From: an uncultured SAR86 cluster bacterium
GTDB lineage: Bacteria; Pseudomonadota; Gammaproteobacteria; Magnimaribacterales; D2472
Reading direction: 5' to 3'
NCBI GenBank assembly: GCA_902558375.1
Contig: CACEDQ010000001.1
Span: 25,929 to 89,928, forward strand
DNA length: 64,000 nucleotides
Shown in pieces: positions 40,248-50,909 of this stretch. The translations under genes were made by a program, and so were the position numbers. Within the stretch, counting starts at the first letter, position 1; the number at the start of each line of letters is the position of its first letter. The notes under the pieces were generated by a model, which was not told the origin of the DNA, searched no databases, and was given only the letters and a program-made list of their open reading frames with translations.

Positions 40248-40820
40248 ATGAAAAATAGTTCAGATAATAGCGATTCCTTGCTTATAGAAAAGGCAAAAAA
40301 TGGTAATGAAGGGGCTTTTGAATTTCTTATGACAAAATATTATCCAAGAGTATACGCATCCTTATATGCTTATACTAAATCAATAGAAGATTCTGAAGAT
40401 CTTGCTCAAAAAACATTTATAAAAGTTTGGCAACAAATACATACTTTTAGAGGAGATAGCGCTTTCTTTACCTGGGTGTATAGAATTGCAATTAATTTAG
40501 CAAAAAATCATTTTGTAAGTTCATCTTACAAAAAAGATAAATTAAATATTTCATCAGATGAATCTGAAATTGATTTTACTTTCCATTCAAATCCAGAAAC
40601 AGATCTAATGCATGATGAATCTTTAAAAAAAATTGATAAATACATTGAGACCTTACCAGAATCATTGAAAACCGCCTTTAAGTTAAGAGAAACTCATGGT
40701 AAAACTTATGAGGAGATCTCATTAATTACAGAGACACCAGTTGGCACTGTAAGATCAAGAATTTTTAGAGCTCGTGATCAAATATTAAACTTTATAGAAA
40801 GGGAGACTAACGTTGAATGA
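40248..40820 (+). CDS. rpoE: ECF sigma factor RpoE
   Basis: FRGDSAFFTWVYRIAIN, PVGTVRSRIFRAR; synteny. Confidence 0.94.
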   Translation: MKNSSDNSDSLLIEKAKNGNEGAFEFLMTKYYPRVYASLYAYTKSIEDSEDLAQKTFIKVWQQIHTFRGDSAFFTWVYRIAINLAKNHFVSSSYKKDKLNISSDESEIDFTFHSNPETDLMHDESLKKIDKYIETLPESLKTAFKLRETHGKTYEEISLITETPVGTVRSRIFRARDQILNFIERETNVE

Positions 40821-41490
40821 TATAGAAGAAAAATTATCTGCCTTATATGATGGTGAGCTTAGCGAGGCTGAGATAGATGAGGTCTTATCCCTTCTTAAAG
40901 AGGATGTTGACCTAAAAAAGAAAGTATCAGGATATGCATTGATTAGTTCATCAATGAAAAAAGATAAAAATAATATTCAGTCAATATCGTCAAAAAAAAT
41001 TAATTATCAATTTTGGTTTTCAAATACAATTACAGCTGCAGCTACAGTTTTAATTACATTCTTTGCTCTTAATCAATATGATATTAATAGAATGGGGGAA
41101 GATATATCAGCAACCAACAAACTTAATGTAGCTATTAATAGCAAAGAAGCCAAGGATTTAGTCAACAGAGTCGAAGAAAACCTTGTAGACCACGTGATGC
41201 ATGTTATTAATAATCCAGGAAAAGACATTGCAACAGCTTACGATGTAGATTTAAGAAACGTTGGTTATGTGAGATCAAAATCTCAAAATAGACAATATAA
41301 TAAAGGTAACAAAAATTTTATATTGCGTGTTGAAAAAAAGAATTTAGGCATTAAAAATATAAAATACTGGAAGCATGGAGAAAAGATGATATATGTCATT
41401 CCGCTATCAGAAGGAAAGGTAGCAACACTATATGGCAATATTGATTCAAAAACGGCGGTAGAAATAGCCAACTCAATTAATATAAAATAA
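40813..41490 (+). CDS. rseA: Anti-sigmaE RseA/MucA with RseB-C-like extension
   Basis: EKLSALYDGEL N-terminal domain, a TM helix, and C-terminal ATLYGNIDSKTAVEIANSI. Confidence 0.8.
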   Translation: MNDIEEKLSALYDGELSEAEIDEVLSLLKEDVDLKKKVSGYALISSSMKKDKNNIQSISSKKINYQFWFSNTITAAATVLITFFALNQYDINRMGEDISATNKLNVAINSKEAKDLVNRVEENLVDHVMHVINNPGKDIATAYDVDLRNVGYVRSKSQNRQYNKGNKNFILRVEKKNLGIKNIKYWKHGEKMIYVIPLSEGKVATLYGNIDSKTAVEIANSINIK

Positions 41491-41491
41491 T

Positions 41492-42892
41492 ATGAAAAAT
41501 CTAAATATATCTACATTTATTATAGTTTTGGTAAGCACATTTATGCTTAATCTTGAGGCGGCCTTACCAGATAACATTTCTGAACTTGTTGAAGAGTCGG
41601 CTCCTGCTGTAGTTAACATTACATCAAAAAAAGAAGTAACCCAAAGACAATCATATGGATTTGGAGGCATTCCAGATGAAATGTTAGAAAGATTTGGTAT
41701 TCCGAGGCAGTTTCGAGAGATGCCACAAGAAAAAAGGGAAGCAACTTCTTATGGATCTGGCTTTATTTTAAAAGATAATTATATTTTAACTAATTATCAC
41801 GTTGTCGAAGATTCTAATGAAGTAGTTGTGTCTTTGTCAGATAGAAGAGAGTTTATTGCAGAAGTTGTTGGTGTTGATCCTCTCTCAGATCTCGCAGTAT
41901 TAAAAGTTGAAGGAGATAATTTACCCCAAGTAACAGCTGGTAACAGCGATGAACTTAAAGTTGGTGATTGGGTGATTGCAATCGGTTCTCCTTTTAGTTT
42001 TGATTTTTCAGTAACTGCAGGTATTGTAAGTGCTAAGGGTAGAAGTATTCAAAATAATAATATTGGTAATTATGTCCCTTTCTTACAAACCGATGTTGCT
42101 ATTAATCCAGGTAATTCAGGTGGACCTCTTTTTGACTTAGATGGAAAAGTAGTTGGTATAAATTCACAAATCTATTCAAGAAGTGGTGGTTATCAAGGTT
42201 TGGCTTTTGCTATACCAATAAATGTTGCTATAGATGTTGCTAAGCAAATTATTGACAAAGGCGAAGTATCACGAGGTTATCTTGGAGTAAGAATGAGTGA
42301 GGTTGATAGTGATCTTGCTGAGGCATTGGGTATGAACAAACCATACGGGGCTTTAATTAATGATATCGAAGAAGGCGAATCTGCAGATAATGCTGGGTTA
42401 GAACCGGGAGACGTGATAGTAGAATTCAATAATAAAGAAATCAAATTTAGTTCAGATCTTCCTCATGTAGTTGGTCAAATGCAACCTGGAACAAAAGCTT
42501 ATGCAAAAATAATCAGGGATGCTAAAGAAATTAAATTAAAATTTGTGCTTGGCGAACTGCCAGTGAATAAAGATTCATTTGTGCCTGCAAAATCTCAAAC
42601 TTCTTCAGATCCGATTGGAATAAAAGTAGCTGAAATTGATAGAGATAATCCTTCAATGGCTAATTTGCCTGACGGGGTCATAGTATCAAGGGTAAATTCG
42701 GGTTCTGCTGCTTCAGGAAAAATTCAAAGAGGCGATCTGATAACTTTAATACAACATAAAGGTAAAAAATATCAGATAATTGATGTAGATTCATATGAAG
42801 ATGCATTAGAAAACTTTACCTCTGGAAATAAAATTGTTTTGCATATTAATAGAAGTGGCGGAACTATAATTAGATCAATTACTGTTAATTGA
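41492..42892 (+). CDS. DegP/MucD-like serine protease
   Basis: TNYHV, SDLAVLK, INPGNSGGPL; two PDZ domains. Confidence 0.94.
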   Translation: MKNLNISTFIIVLVSTFMLNLEAALPDNISELVEESAPAVVNITSKKEVTQRQSYGFGGIPDEMLERFGIPRQFREMPQEKREATSYGSGFILKDNYILTNYHVVEDSNEVVVSLSDRREFIAEVVGVDPLSDLAVLKVEGDNLPQVTAGNSDELKVGDWVIAIGSPFSFDFSVTAGIVSAKGRSIQNNNIGNYVPFLQTDVAINPGNSGGPLFDLDGKVVGINSQIYSRSGGYQGLAFAIPINVAIDVAKQIIDKGEVSRGYLGVRMSEVDSDLAEALGMNKPYGALINDIEEGESADNAGLEPGDVIVEFNNKEIKFSSDLPHVVGQMQPGTKAYAKIIRDAKEIKLKFVLGELPVNKDSFVPAKSQTSSDPIGIKVAEIDRDNPSMANLPDGVIVSRVNSGSAASGKIQRGDLITLIQHKGKKYQIIDVDSYEDALENFTSGNKIVLHINRSGGTIIRSITVN

Positions 42893-42954
42893 TGCTTTAA
42901 AAATCACTTGATACTCCTATATTAGTAATATTGGCTGTAAAATAGCAGCACTAT

Positions 42955-44742
42955 ATGAAAAACATTAGAAACTTCTCCGTAATTGCCCATATTGATCATG
43001 GAAAATCTACTTTATCTGATAGATTAATTGAATATTGTGGTGGACTGTCAGCTAGAGAAATGTCAGAACAGATTCTTGATTCAATGGATATTGAAAGAGA
43101 AAGAGGAATTACCATTAAGGCCCAAGCTGTAACCTTGGAATATAAAAAGGATAACGTAAGTTATTTATTAAACTTTATTGATACTCCAGGCCATGTTGAT
43201 TTTTCATATGAAGTATCAAGGTCATTATCGGCCTGTGAAGGTGCTTTGCTTGTTGTAGATGGATCTCAAGGAGTTGAAGCTCAAACATTAGCAAATTGCT
43301 ATACAGCAGTTGATCAGGGATTAGAGGTAGTTCCTGTTATTAACAAAATAGACTTACCTCAATCAGAGCCCGAAAGAGTCAAAAAAGAAATTGAAGATAT
43401 GATTGGTATTAATGCGTGCTCAGCTCCTCTTGTTAGCGCAAAAACAGGAGTAGGCATTGAAGATTTATTAGATATGCTAGTTACAGAAATTCCTTCGCCA
43501 GATGGTAGTTCATCTGAACCATTACAAGCATTAATAGTTGACTCATGGTTTGATTCTTATTTGGGAGTTGTCTCGCTAATAAGAATCAAAAATGGCTCAA
43601 TTAAGACTGGTCAAAAATTTAAAATTCATTCAACAGGACAATCTCATAATGTGGATGAATTAGGAATATTTTCACCTAAAAAAATTAAAAAAGATTTTTT
43701 ATCTGCAGGTGAAGTTGGCTATTTAGTTGCTGGGATAAAAAACATTAAAGGCGCTCCTGTTGGAGATACAATTCTAGAGGGGGGTGATGAAACTACCCAA
43801 GCTCTTCCAGGTTTCAAAAAGGTTAATCCTAAAGTTTTTGCATCAATGTTTACTGTCAATTCTGATGATTACGAAAGGTTTAGGGATGCTCTTTCTAAGC
43901 TCATATTAAATGATTCTTCTCTTATTTACGAACCAGAAGTTTCTGATGCACTTGGATTTGGATTTAGATGTGGTTTTCTTGGAACTCTTCATATGGAGGT
44001 TATAAGAGAAAGGCTAGAAAGAGAATATGATTTAGATCTAATATCTACAGCCCCATCTGTTGAGTATGAGGTATTAAAAACGGATGGTGAGGTTATAAAA
44101 ATTGACAATCCATCTCAACTACCCGCTCCAAATGATATTGAAGAGATTAGGGAGCCAATTGTTAATACCACCATCCTTACTCCCAATGAATATGTTGGGA
44201 ACGTTATTACTCTATGCACTGGGAAAAGAGGTTTACAAAAAGATATGACCTATTTTGGAAATCAAGTTTCTATTGTTTTTGAAATGCCTTTATCATCAGT
44301 AATTGTAGACTTCTTTGATCAAATAAAATCATCAACCAAGGGCTTTGCATCAATTGAATACTCTCTAATTGGATTTTTTAAATCAGATTTAACCAAAATA
44401 GACATATTAATTAATAATCAAAAAATAGATGCTCTATCTATGATAGTTCATAAATCTTTTTCAACTCAAAAAGCTAGAGAAATTGCTTCTAACCTTCAAA
44501 AACTTATTCCAAGACAGATGTTTGATGTGCCAATTCAAGTAGCCCTTGGTTCTAAAATTATTTCAAGAGAAACTGTAAAAGCCTTAAGAAAGAATGTCAC
44601 AGCAAAATGTTATGGTGGTGATATTACTAGGAAAAAGAAATTGCTCGAAAAACAAAAAGATGGAAAGAAAAAAATGAAACAATTCGGCAAAGTATCAATA
44701 CCTCAAGATGCTTTTTTAAATTATTTTAAATCTGGAGAATAA
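42955..44742 (+). CDS. lepA: Elongation factor 4
   Basis: [27 protein letters not shown]. Confidence 0.98.
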   Translation: MKNIRNFSVIAHIDHGKSTLSDRLIEYCGGLSAREMSEQILDSMDIERERGITIKAQAVTLEYKKDNVSYLLNFIDTPGHVDFSYEVSRSLSACEGALLVVDGSQGVEAQTLANCYTAVDQGLEVVPVINKIDLPQSEPERVKKEIEDMIGINACSAPLVSAKTGVGIEDLLDMLVTEIPSPDGSSSEPLQALIVDSWFDSYLGVVSLIRIKNGSIKTGQKFKIHSTGQSHNVDELGIFSPKKIKKDFLSAGEVGYLVAGIKNIKGAPVGDTILEGGDETTQALPGFKKVNPKVFASMFTVNSDDYERFRDALSKLILNDSSLIYEPEVSDALGFGFRCGFLGTLHMEVIRERLEREYDLDLISTAPSVEYEVLKTDGEVIKIDNPSQLPAPNDIEEIREPIVNTTILTPNEYVGNVITLCTGKRGLQKDMTYFGNQVSIVFEMPLSSVIVDFFDQIKSSTKGFASIEYSLIGFFKSDLTKIDILINNQKIDALSMIVHKSFSTQKAREIASNLQKLIPRQMFDVPIQVALGSKIISRETVKALRKNVTAKCYGGDITRKKKLLEKQKDGKKKMKQFGKVSIPQDAFLNYFKSGE

Positions 44743-44743
44743 C

Positions 44744-45691
44744 TTGATATTAGACCCAATTTTTATAATTTCAATAATTGGAATGGCTACCGTGCTTGTT
44801 GCATGGATTATTAGTGAAACAAAAGAAGGTTACAAAGATAATTTCGTAGCAAGTAACTCATCTATGCTATCAACAATTTTTGGTTTAATGATGCTTTATA
44901 GCATTTTCATCAATGCAGGCGATTTAAGTATTGTTCTTTTAGTGGGTTCAGTTATATCTCTTTTAGTACTTTTAGTTGGTTTTTTTCTTAAAAACAATGA
45001 AATTATTTCTTCTTCGAGAGGATATTTTATTCCTATTTTTCTCATATTTATCTTAAGAACTTTTATTTATGAGCCATACCAAATTCCCTCGGGTTCAATG
45101 ATGCCCGGTCTAAAAGTAGGCGATTTTTTACTGGTCGATAAAAATTCTTATGGATATAAAATTAATAGAATAGGCAATCCACTATCATCTCAAAGCGACC
45201 CACAATATGGTGATGTTGTTGTCTTTGTTCCTCAACATAATCCAGTACCTTATGTTAAGAGGCTAATTGGTATGCCTGGAGATAAAATTAGAATTATCAA
45301 TAAACAAGTTTATGTAAATGACAAGCCAATTAAGAAAACATTTTACAAAACAAAAGAAGAGCGAATCACTAAAAAATATAGAGATCTTTCAGGAAACATT
45401 ACATCAAAAGAATCCAATGTAATTGTTGATTATTATTATGAAGAACATGGAAATAGGAAGTTTTTGACTAGAAATATTCGTGGTGAAAATATTCAGTATC
45501 CATCTGAGTGGACTGTGCCTAGCGGTAATTATTTTGTGATGGGGGATAATAGAGATAATTCAAATGATAGTACAAAAGATGTTGGGTTTGTTCCAAGAGC
45601 AAATTTCTTTGGGGAGGCTAGTTATCTTTTTATGACTTGGGAGTGTTGGACTTGCCTTCCATATTTCGCAAGAGTTGGCACAATTAATTAA
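44744..45691 (+). CDS. lepB: Signal peptidase I
   Basis: IPSGSMMP, YVKRLIG, GDNRDNSND. Confidence 0.95.
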   Translation: MILDPIFIISIIGMATVLVAWIISETKEGYKDNFVASNSSMLSTIFGLMMLYSIFINAGDLSIVLLVGSVISLLVLLVGFFLKNNEIISSSRGYFIPIFLIFILRTFIYEPYQIPSGSMMPGLKVGDFLLVDKNSYGYKINRIGNPLSSQSDPQYGDVVVFVPQHNPVPYVKRLIGMPGDKIRIINKQVYVNDKPIKKTFYKTKEERITKKYRDLSGNITSKESNVIVDYYYEEHGNRKFLTRNIRGENIQYPSEWTVPSGNYFVMGDNRDNSNDSTKDVGFVPRANFFGEASYLFMTWECWTCLPYFARVGTIN

Positions 45692-46353
45692 TGTCTTATA
45701 AAGATCTTCAAAATCGATTGGGCTATACATTTAAAGATGAGGCACTGATCGAACTTGCTTTAACACATAAAAGTTTTAGTGGCACTTCAAACAATGAAAG
45801 ACTTGAGTTTTTAGGAGATTCAATTCTTAATTCCATTATTTCAGAATATCTTTTCAATAGATTTAATAATCAAAAAGAAGGCTTGTTAACGCGAATGAGG
45901 GCCTATCTTGTTAAAGCTGAAACCTTAACCATTAAAGCAGAAGAACTATCTTTAGAAAAAGTTGTAAAACTATCTAAAGGTACTGCAAATTTATCAAAAG
46001 AACGAAAGAATTCAATTTTAGAAGGTGCATTTGAAGCAGTTATAGGGGCGATTTTTATCGATGGTGGTTGGAATGCAGCCAAAGATATTACTTTAAAAGC
46101 TTTTAATAAAAATTTAGCAGCTTTATCTGAAGATATGACTTTTAAGGATGCAAAAACTGAATTGCAGGAATTATTCCAATCTCTAAAAAGCGATTTACCA
46201 AAATATATTGTTGAAGAAACTGGTAAGAGTAATTTTTCATGCACAGTTAAATACAAAGATATGGCATTTGAATCTTCAGGCTCATCAAAAAGAATAGCTG
46301 AAACAAATGTCGCGATGAAACTTTTAGCTTACATAAAACAGAATGATGTCTAA
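45691..46353 (+). CDS. rnc: Ribonuclease III
   Basis: NERLEFLGDS, dsRBD KTELQE. Confidence 0.95.
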   Translation: MSYKDLQNRLGYTFKDEALIELALTHKSFSGTSNNERLEFLGDSILNSIISEYLFNRFNNQKEGLLTRMRAYLVKAETLTIKAEELSLEKVVKLSKGTANLSKERKNSILEGAFEAVIGAIFIDGGWNAAKDITLKAFNKNLAALSEDMTFKDAKTELQELFQSLKSDLPKYIVEETGKSNFSCTVKYKDMAFESSGSSKRIAETNVAMKLLAYIKQNDV

Positions 46354-47248
46354 AAGTTACTGCGGATATATCTCCATTATTGGCAAGCCTAATGTAGGAA
46401 AGTCCACAATTCTTAATCACATATTAGGAAAAAAAATATCAATTACTTCAAGAAAATCGCAAACTACTAGAAATAATATTTTGGGAATAAAGACCGAAGG
46501 GAATAAGCAGATGATATATGCAGATACACCAGGCATGCATATTAAATCACCCAAGGTTATGAATAAGGTATTAAATCGCTCAGCTGAAAGTTTAATGGAG
46601 GATTCAGATATTATTCTGTTTGTTACTCAGAGGTTAGTTCTTGATGAGCAAGACTTATCAGTTCTAAAAAAACTCAAACAAATTAACTCAAAGGTGATAT
46701 GTGTTGTAAATAAAGTTGATCAAGTTACAGATAAAAATAAATTACTGCCACTAATAGAGAGGCTCTCAAATGAATATAGTTTCTTAGACATCATACCAAT
46801 ATCAGCAATTAACAATGATGGCATTAGTGAGCTAGAAATGTTAATAAAAAAATACCTTCCAGAAAGTGAACATTTATATGACAAAAATACAGTATCTAGC
46901 TCTCACAAAGATATGTTTATGATTTCAGAACTAATTCGTGAAAAAATAATTAGAATGCTTGGCGATGAGTTGCCTCATGATACATTTGTGCAAGTTGAAT
47001 TGTTTGAAGATGAAGATACGTTAATAAAAATTCATGCAGTAATATTTGTCGCTAGAAATAGTCAAAAGCAGATAGTTATTGGAAAAGATGGAAATACATT
47101 AAAGAAAATTGGAAAACAGGCCAGGATAGAGATCGAAGAGTACTTTAATAAAAAAGTTTTCTTAAAAACTTGGGTAAAGGTTAAAAAGAATTGGAATACA
47201 GATTCTGATTATCTTCAAAGCCTGGGAGTTGGCGGAAGCTATGACTAA
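46346..47248 (+). CDS. era: GTPase Era
   Basis: GKPNVGKST, QTTR, DTPG, NKVD, KH domain. Confidence 0.96.
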   Translation: MSKSYCGYISIIGKPNVGKSTILNHILGKKISITSRKSQTTRNNILGIKTEGNKQMIYADTPGMHIKSPKVMNKVLNRSAESLMEDSDIILFVTQRLVLDEQDLSVLKKLKQINSKVICVVNKVDQVTDKNKLLPLIERLSNEYSFLDIIPISAINNDGISELEMLIKKYLPESEHLYDKNTVSSSHKDMFMISELIREKIIRMLGDELPHDTFVQVELFEDEDTLIKIHAVIFVARNSQKQIVIGKDGNTLKKIGKQARIEIEEYFNKKVFLKTWVKVKKNWNTDSDYLQSLGVGGSYD

Positions 47249-47936
47249 TAGTGACTGGGATGAATGTTTTCTTTTGCACCATAGGGCGCACGGAGAGACG
47301 AGTTTAATTGCAGATGTATTTACGAAAAAAAATGGAAAAATGTCGATCATTGCTAAAGGAGCTAAAAAACCTAAATCAAAGTTTTTTGGATATTTAACTC
47401 CATTTACTAAACTTAAGATTACATATACAGGAAGGTCTGAGTTAAAAACATTAACAAATATAGATAGAGATTTTTCAGAATTAACAAACAGTCTTTCAAA
47501 AAAAAGTTATAGTCTTCTATACATTAATGAGCTGTTAACAAAACTTCTTCCAAAAGATGCAGCGCATGATGATTTATTTTTGTTATACGAAAGTTTTTTA
47601 TTAAAAATTCATTCGGGAGAAAATATCGAACTTACCCTAAGAAGCTTTGAATTAGATATGCTTGAAATGCTAGGCTATGGAATAGATTTTGAAAATGAAA
47701 TAGATAAAAACCAATCAATCGACGCTAATAAGAATTATTCATTTATTCCACAAAGAGGCTTTAGAGAGTCAAGAAACTCTAATTTTTCAGGAAAAGACAT
47801 TATAAATATTCGCATAAGAAACCTTTCAGAAGTATCAAAAAAACATCTCAAGCACATTACTCAAGAGACAATACATTTTTGTTTAGACGGAAGAGATTTA
47901 TCAAGTCGAGAAATTTTTAGGAGAATCAAGCAATGA
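47241..47936 (+). CDS. recO: DNA repair protein RecO
   Basis: LHHRAHGETSLI, YINELL; synteny. Confidence 0.92.
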   Translation: MTNSDWDECFLLHHRAHGETSLIADVFTKKNGKMSIIAKGAKKPKSKFFGYLTPFTKLKITYTGRSELKTLTNIDRDFSELTNSLSKKSYSLLYINELLTKLLPKDAAHDDLFLLYESFLLKIHSGENIELTLRSFELDMLEMLGYGIDFENEIDKNQSIDANKNYSFIPQRGFRESRNSNFSGKDIINIRIRNLSEVSKKHLKHITQETIHFCLDGRDLSSREIFRRIKQ

Positions 47937-48310
47937 TTTTTGGTATTGGAACAGACATGGTAAAGATCTCAAGAATTAAAGAAATGAAATCTTTATCAAC
48001 ATTCGCAGAGAAAATACTATCACCTGAAGAGCTTAAAATAGCCTCATCTCATAAAGATGAAAAACTCATTAAATTTCTAGCAAAACAATTTGCAGGAAAA
48101 GAAGCCATCTCAAAAGCTTTTGGAACTGGATTAAGAAAACCAATTTTATTGAAGGATATTGAAATCTTAAGAGATGAAAACGGTAAGCCATTATTTAATC
48201 CATTAGGAGGAGTAAAAAAAACTATTATTGACTTGGGTATAACTAAGTCTCATGTTAGTCTTGCAGACGAAAATGATTACTCAATAGCGTTTGCTATATT
48301 AGAATTATGA
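47933..48310 (+). CDS. acpS: Holo-ACP synthase
   Basis: GIGTDMV, FAGKEA.SKA.GTG. Confidence 0.93.
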   Translation: MIFGIGTDMVKISRIKEMKSLSTFAEKILSPEELKIASSHKDEKLIKFLAKQFAGKEAISKAFGTGLRKPILLKDIEILRDENGKPLFNPLGGVKKTIIDLGITKSHVSLADENDYSIAFAILEL

Positions 48311-48951
48311 AAAATATTATTTTGCTAGGCCCTCCGGGCGCAGGAAAGGGTACCCAGGCTGATTTAATTTGCGACCTATGCAATATTCCTAAAATTAGTA
48401 CTGGCGATATGCTTCGAGAAGCCGTAGCGTCTGGGAGTGATTTTGGAAAAAAAGTTTCAAATATTCTTGATACAGGAGGCCTGGTTTCAGACGAAATAAT
48501 AGGCGAGTTAATTAAAAATCGTTTAACGCAATCTGATTGCATTAATGGATCTTTGTTTGATGGTGTTCCAAGAACCCTAGGTCAAGCAGCCGAGCTAAAG
48601 AATATGGGAATTGCTTTTACACATGTTATTGAGATTCAGGTAGATGATGAGGTTATTGTTAAAAGAATGTCTGGAAGAAGAGTTCATCCAGGGTCAGGTA
48701 AAAACTATCATATTGATTTTAATCCTCCTCTAATAGATGGTAAAGATGATGAATCCGGAGAACCTCTAATTCAAAGAGAGGATGATAAACCAGAAACAGT
48801 CCTTAAAAGATTGGCTGTATATCACGATCAAACAAAACCTTTATCAGACTTTTATTCTAATCAAGCTCTTCAAAGTAATTTAAAATATATTACAGTTGAC
48901 GGATCAAAGTCTGTAGATGATGTTTTTAATTTGATATCTAGTCAAATATAA
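48307..48951 (+). CDS. adk: Adenylate kinase
   Basis: GPPGAGKGTQ, STGDMLR, DGVPR, QREDD. Confidence 0.96.
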   Translation: MKNIILLGPPGAGKGTQADLICDLCNIPKISTGDMLREAVASGSDFGKKVSNILDTGGLVSDEIIGELIKNRLTQSDCINGSLFDGVPRTLGQAAELKNMGIAFTHVIEIQVDDEVIVKRMSGRRVHPGSGKNYHIDFNPPLIDGKDDESGEPLIQREDDKPETVLKRLAVYHDQTKPLSDFYSNQALQSNLKYITVDGSKSVDDVFNLISSQI

Positions 48952-48956
48952 GCTTG

Positions 48957-49388
48957 ATGAACGTTTTAGCCATACAGAGTTCTGGAAATCAAACCTCTCT
49001 TTGTGCAATTATTAAAGATGATGTTCTCCAATACTCCATTAAACATGAAAGAAAAGATAGGCCAAATTGGTCAGAAATGCTTACAAGCATAGGGCTTGAT
49101 TCTTTTTTTACTCTAGAAGAAATTGATATTTTTGCATATGCAAATAATTCAAACTCATATACAGCAACACGAAGTGTTGCAGCTTATTTAAAAGGAATTA
49201 CTTCGGCTATTAGCAAACCTCTAATTGTTATCGACACAGATGATGTTGATAAGATAGACTCTGATGCTGTGGCTAAAAAGGCTTTAGACCAGTATCTTAA
49301 TTCAAAGAATAATATAGACTCATTTAAGCCGGATAATGCAAATCCTATTTATTCTTCAATACCACAATATAAAAAAGTAAATGAATGA
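48957..49388 (+). CDS. Reduced TsaB-like protein
   Basis: VLAIQSS and NSYTATR (cf. GSFTGLR); follows adk. Confidence 0.6.
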   Translation: MNVLAIQSSGNQTSLCAIIKDDVLQYSIKHERKDRPNWSEMLTSIGLDSFFTLEEIDIFAYANNSNSYTATRSVAAYLKGITSAISKPLIVIDTDDVDKIDSDAVAKKALDQYLNSKNNIDSFKPDNANPIYSSIPQYKKVNE

Positions 49389-50172
49389 AGTTTTTCTTAG
49401 CTTTCTTTTAGGCTTAATACAAGGATTAACAGAATTTTTACCAATTTCAAGCTCTGCACATTTACTATTTCCAACTTTATTATTTGGAACAGACGATCTT
49501 GGATTGGCATTTGATATAGCCGTTCATGCTGGGACACTAGTTGCTGTAGTATATTTTTTTAGGTCTGAGATTAAACTTATGATTAAGTCTTTAATTTCTA
49601 GAAATAATGCTTTTAACGATAGCAGAAAACTTGCATATTTATTAATAATTGCGACTCTTCCAATTGTTATCGCAGGTCTATTTGGTACAGATTTTATAGA
49701 ATCAAATAGAAATAGTATTTCTAGTATTGCATACATGAATCTTTTATTTGCAGGCTTTTTACTTTTTGCATATAAATATAGCTCTTCATCTAAAAGCTTA
49801 ATTGAATTAACAATTGCTGGTGCTATTTGTATAGGTATATTTCAGGTTTTTGCTTTATTTCCTGGAGCATCAAGATCAGGAACGGCAATTACAGCTGCCT
49901 TATTAATAGGATTAAATTTAAAAGATTCATCAAAATTCGCTTTTCTATTGGCAATACCAACTATTTTTGGAGCACTAGTTTTTTTAATTGGGGATATAGT
50001 TCTATATGAAACGCAAATTAATATTATCTCTTTAGTTATTGGTTTTTTAACTTCATGTGTTGTTGCTTTTCTGACTATAAAGTACTTTCTAATTTTTGTT
50101 GAAAAAATTGGCATGTATCCATTTGTAATTTACAGGGTTTTATTGGGAGTTTTATTACTAGTTCTCATATGA
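49381..50172 (+). CDS. uppP: Undecaprenyl-diphosphate phosphatase
   Basis: QGLTEFLPISSSAH, PGASRSG. Confidence 0.95.
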   Translation: MNEVFLSFLLGLIQGLTEFLPISSSAHLLFPTLLFGTDDLGLAFDIAVHAGTLVAVVYFFRSEIKLMIKSLISRNNAFNDSRKLAYLLIIATLPIVIAGLFGTDFIESNRNSISSIAYMNLLFAGFLLFAYKYSSSSKSLIELTIAGAICIGIFQVFALFPGASRSGTAITAALLIGLNLKDSSKFAFLLAIPTIFGALVFLIGDIVLYETQINIISLVIGFLTSCVVAFLTIKYFLIFVEKIGMYPFVIYRVLLGVLLLVLI

Positions 50173-50900
50173 ATTTCCCAATTTATATTGATAACAAAAT
50201 CTATATAGATTATTTAACTAATGTATTAGGTGTTCCTGAAACAAACATAGTAAATATATATCCTAAAGAACCAACATTTTTTATATACAAAGAAAGCGGG
50301 TTACATTTTGTTATTAATTCACCACAAAAAAAGATAATTCATATAGATTTTTTAAAAGGTCAAATGGGATGGAGGCTGAGAAGGCCAGATCACGAAACTC
50401 TTTTAAAGAAAGCATTAGGTAAAAAAAAAGATAATCTAACAATACTTGATGGAACTGCAGGTTTTTTATCAGATACTCTAATTTTTCTAGCCTTGGGGCA
50501 TAAAGTAATTGCTTGTGAGCAAAGTAGAGTTTTATTTATGTTATTAAATGATGCCATTCATAGAGCAAGAGATGAATTAATTTTTTTAACAAATTTGGAT
50601 TTAGTCCATGGAAATGCTGTCGATATTTATAAAAATACTAAAAATATTGATCTAATCTATCTAGATCCAATGTATCCTGATAATAAGAAAAATAATGCTA
50701 GATCAGGCGTCATGAATGATATAAAAAATATCCTTGAAATTGAGGCAATTACAAATCTAGAAGATCAGATATTTTTTGATTTCAAAAAACAAGAATTTAA
50801 AAAGATTGTCTTAAAAAGACCAATTAAATCAAAGATAATAGATAGAAACTTAAATTATCAAGTCAAAGGTAAATCAACAAGATTTGATGTATATATATAA
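50169..50900 (+). CDS. rsmJ: 16S rRNA m2G1516 methyltransferase
   Basis: DGTAG, YLDPMYP, VLKRP, TRFDVY. Confidence 0.85.
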   Translation: MNFPIYIDNKIYIDYLTNVLGVPETNIVNIYPKEPTFFIYKESGLHFVINSPQKKIIHIDFLKGQMGWRLRRPDHETLLKKALGKKKDNLTILDGTAGFLSDTLIFLALGHKVIACEQSRVLFMLLNDAIHRARDELIFLTNLDLVHGNAVDIYKNTKNIDLIYLDPMYPDNKKNNARSGVMNDIKNILEIEAITNLEDQIFFDFKKQEFKKIVLKRPIKSKIIDRNLNYQVKGKSTRFDVYI

Positions 50901-50909
50901 GGAGACAAA

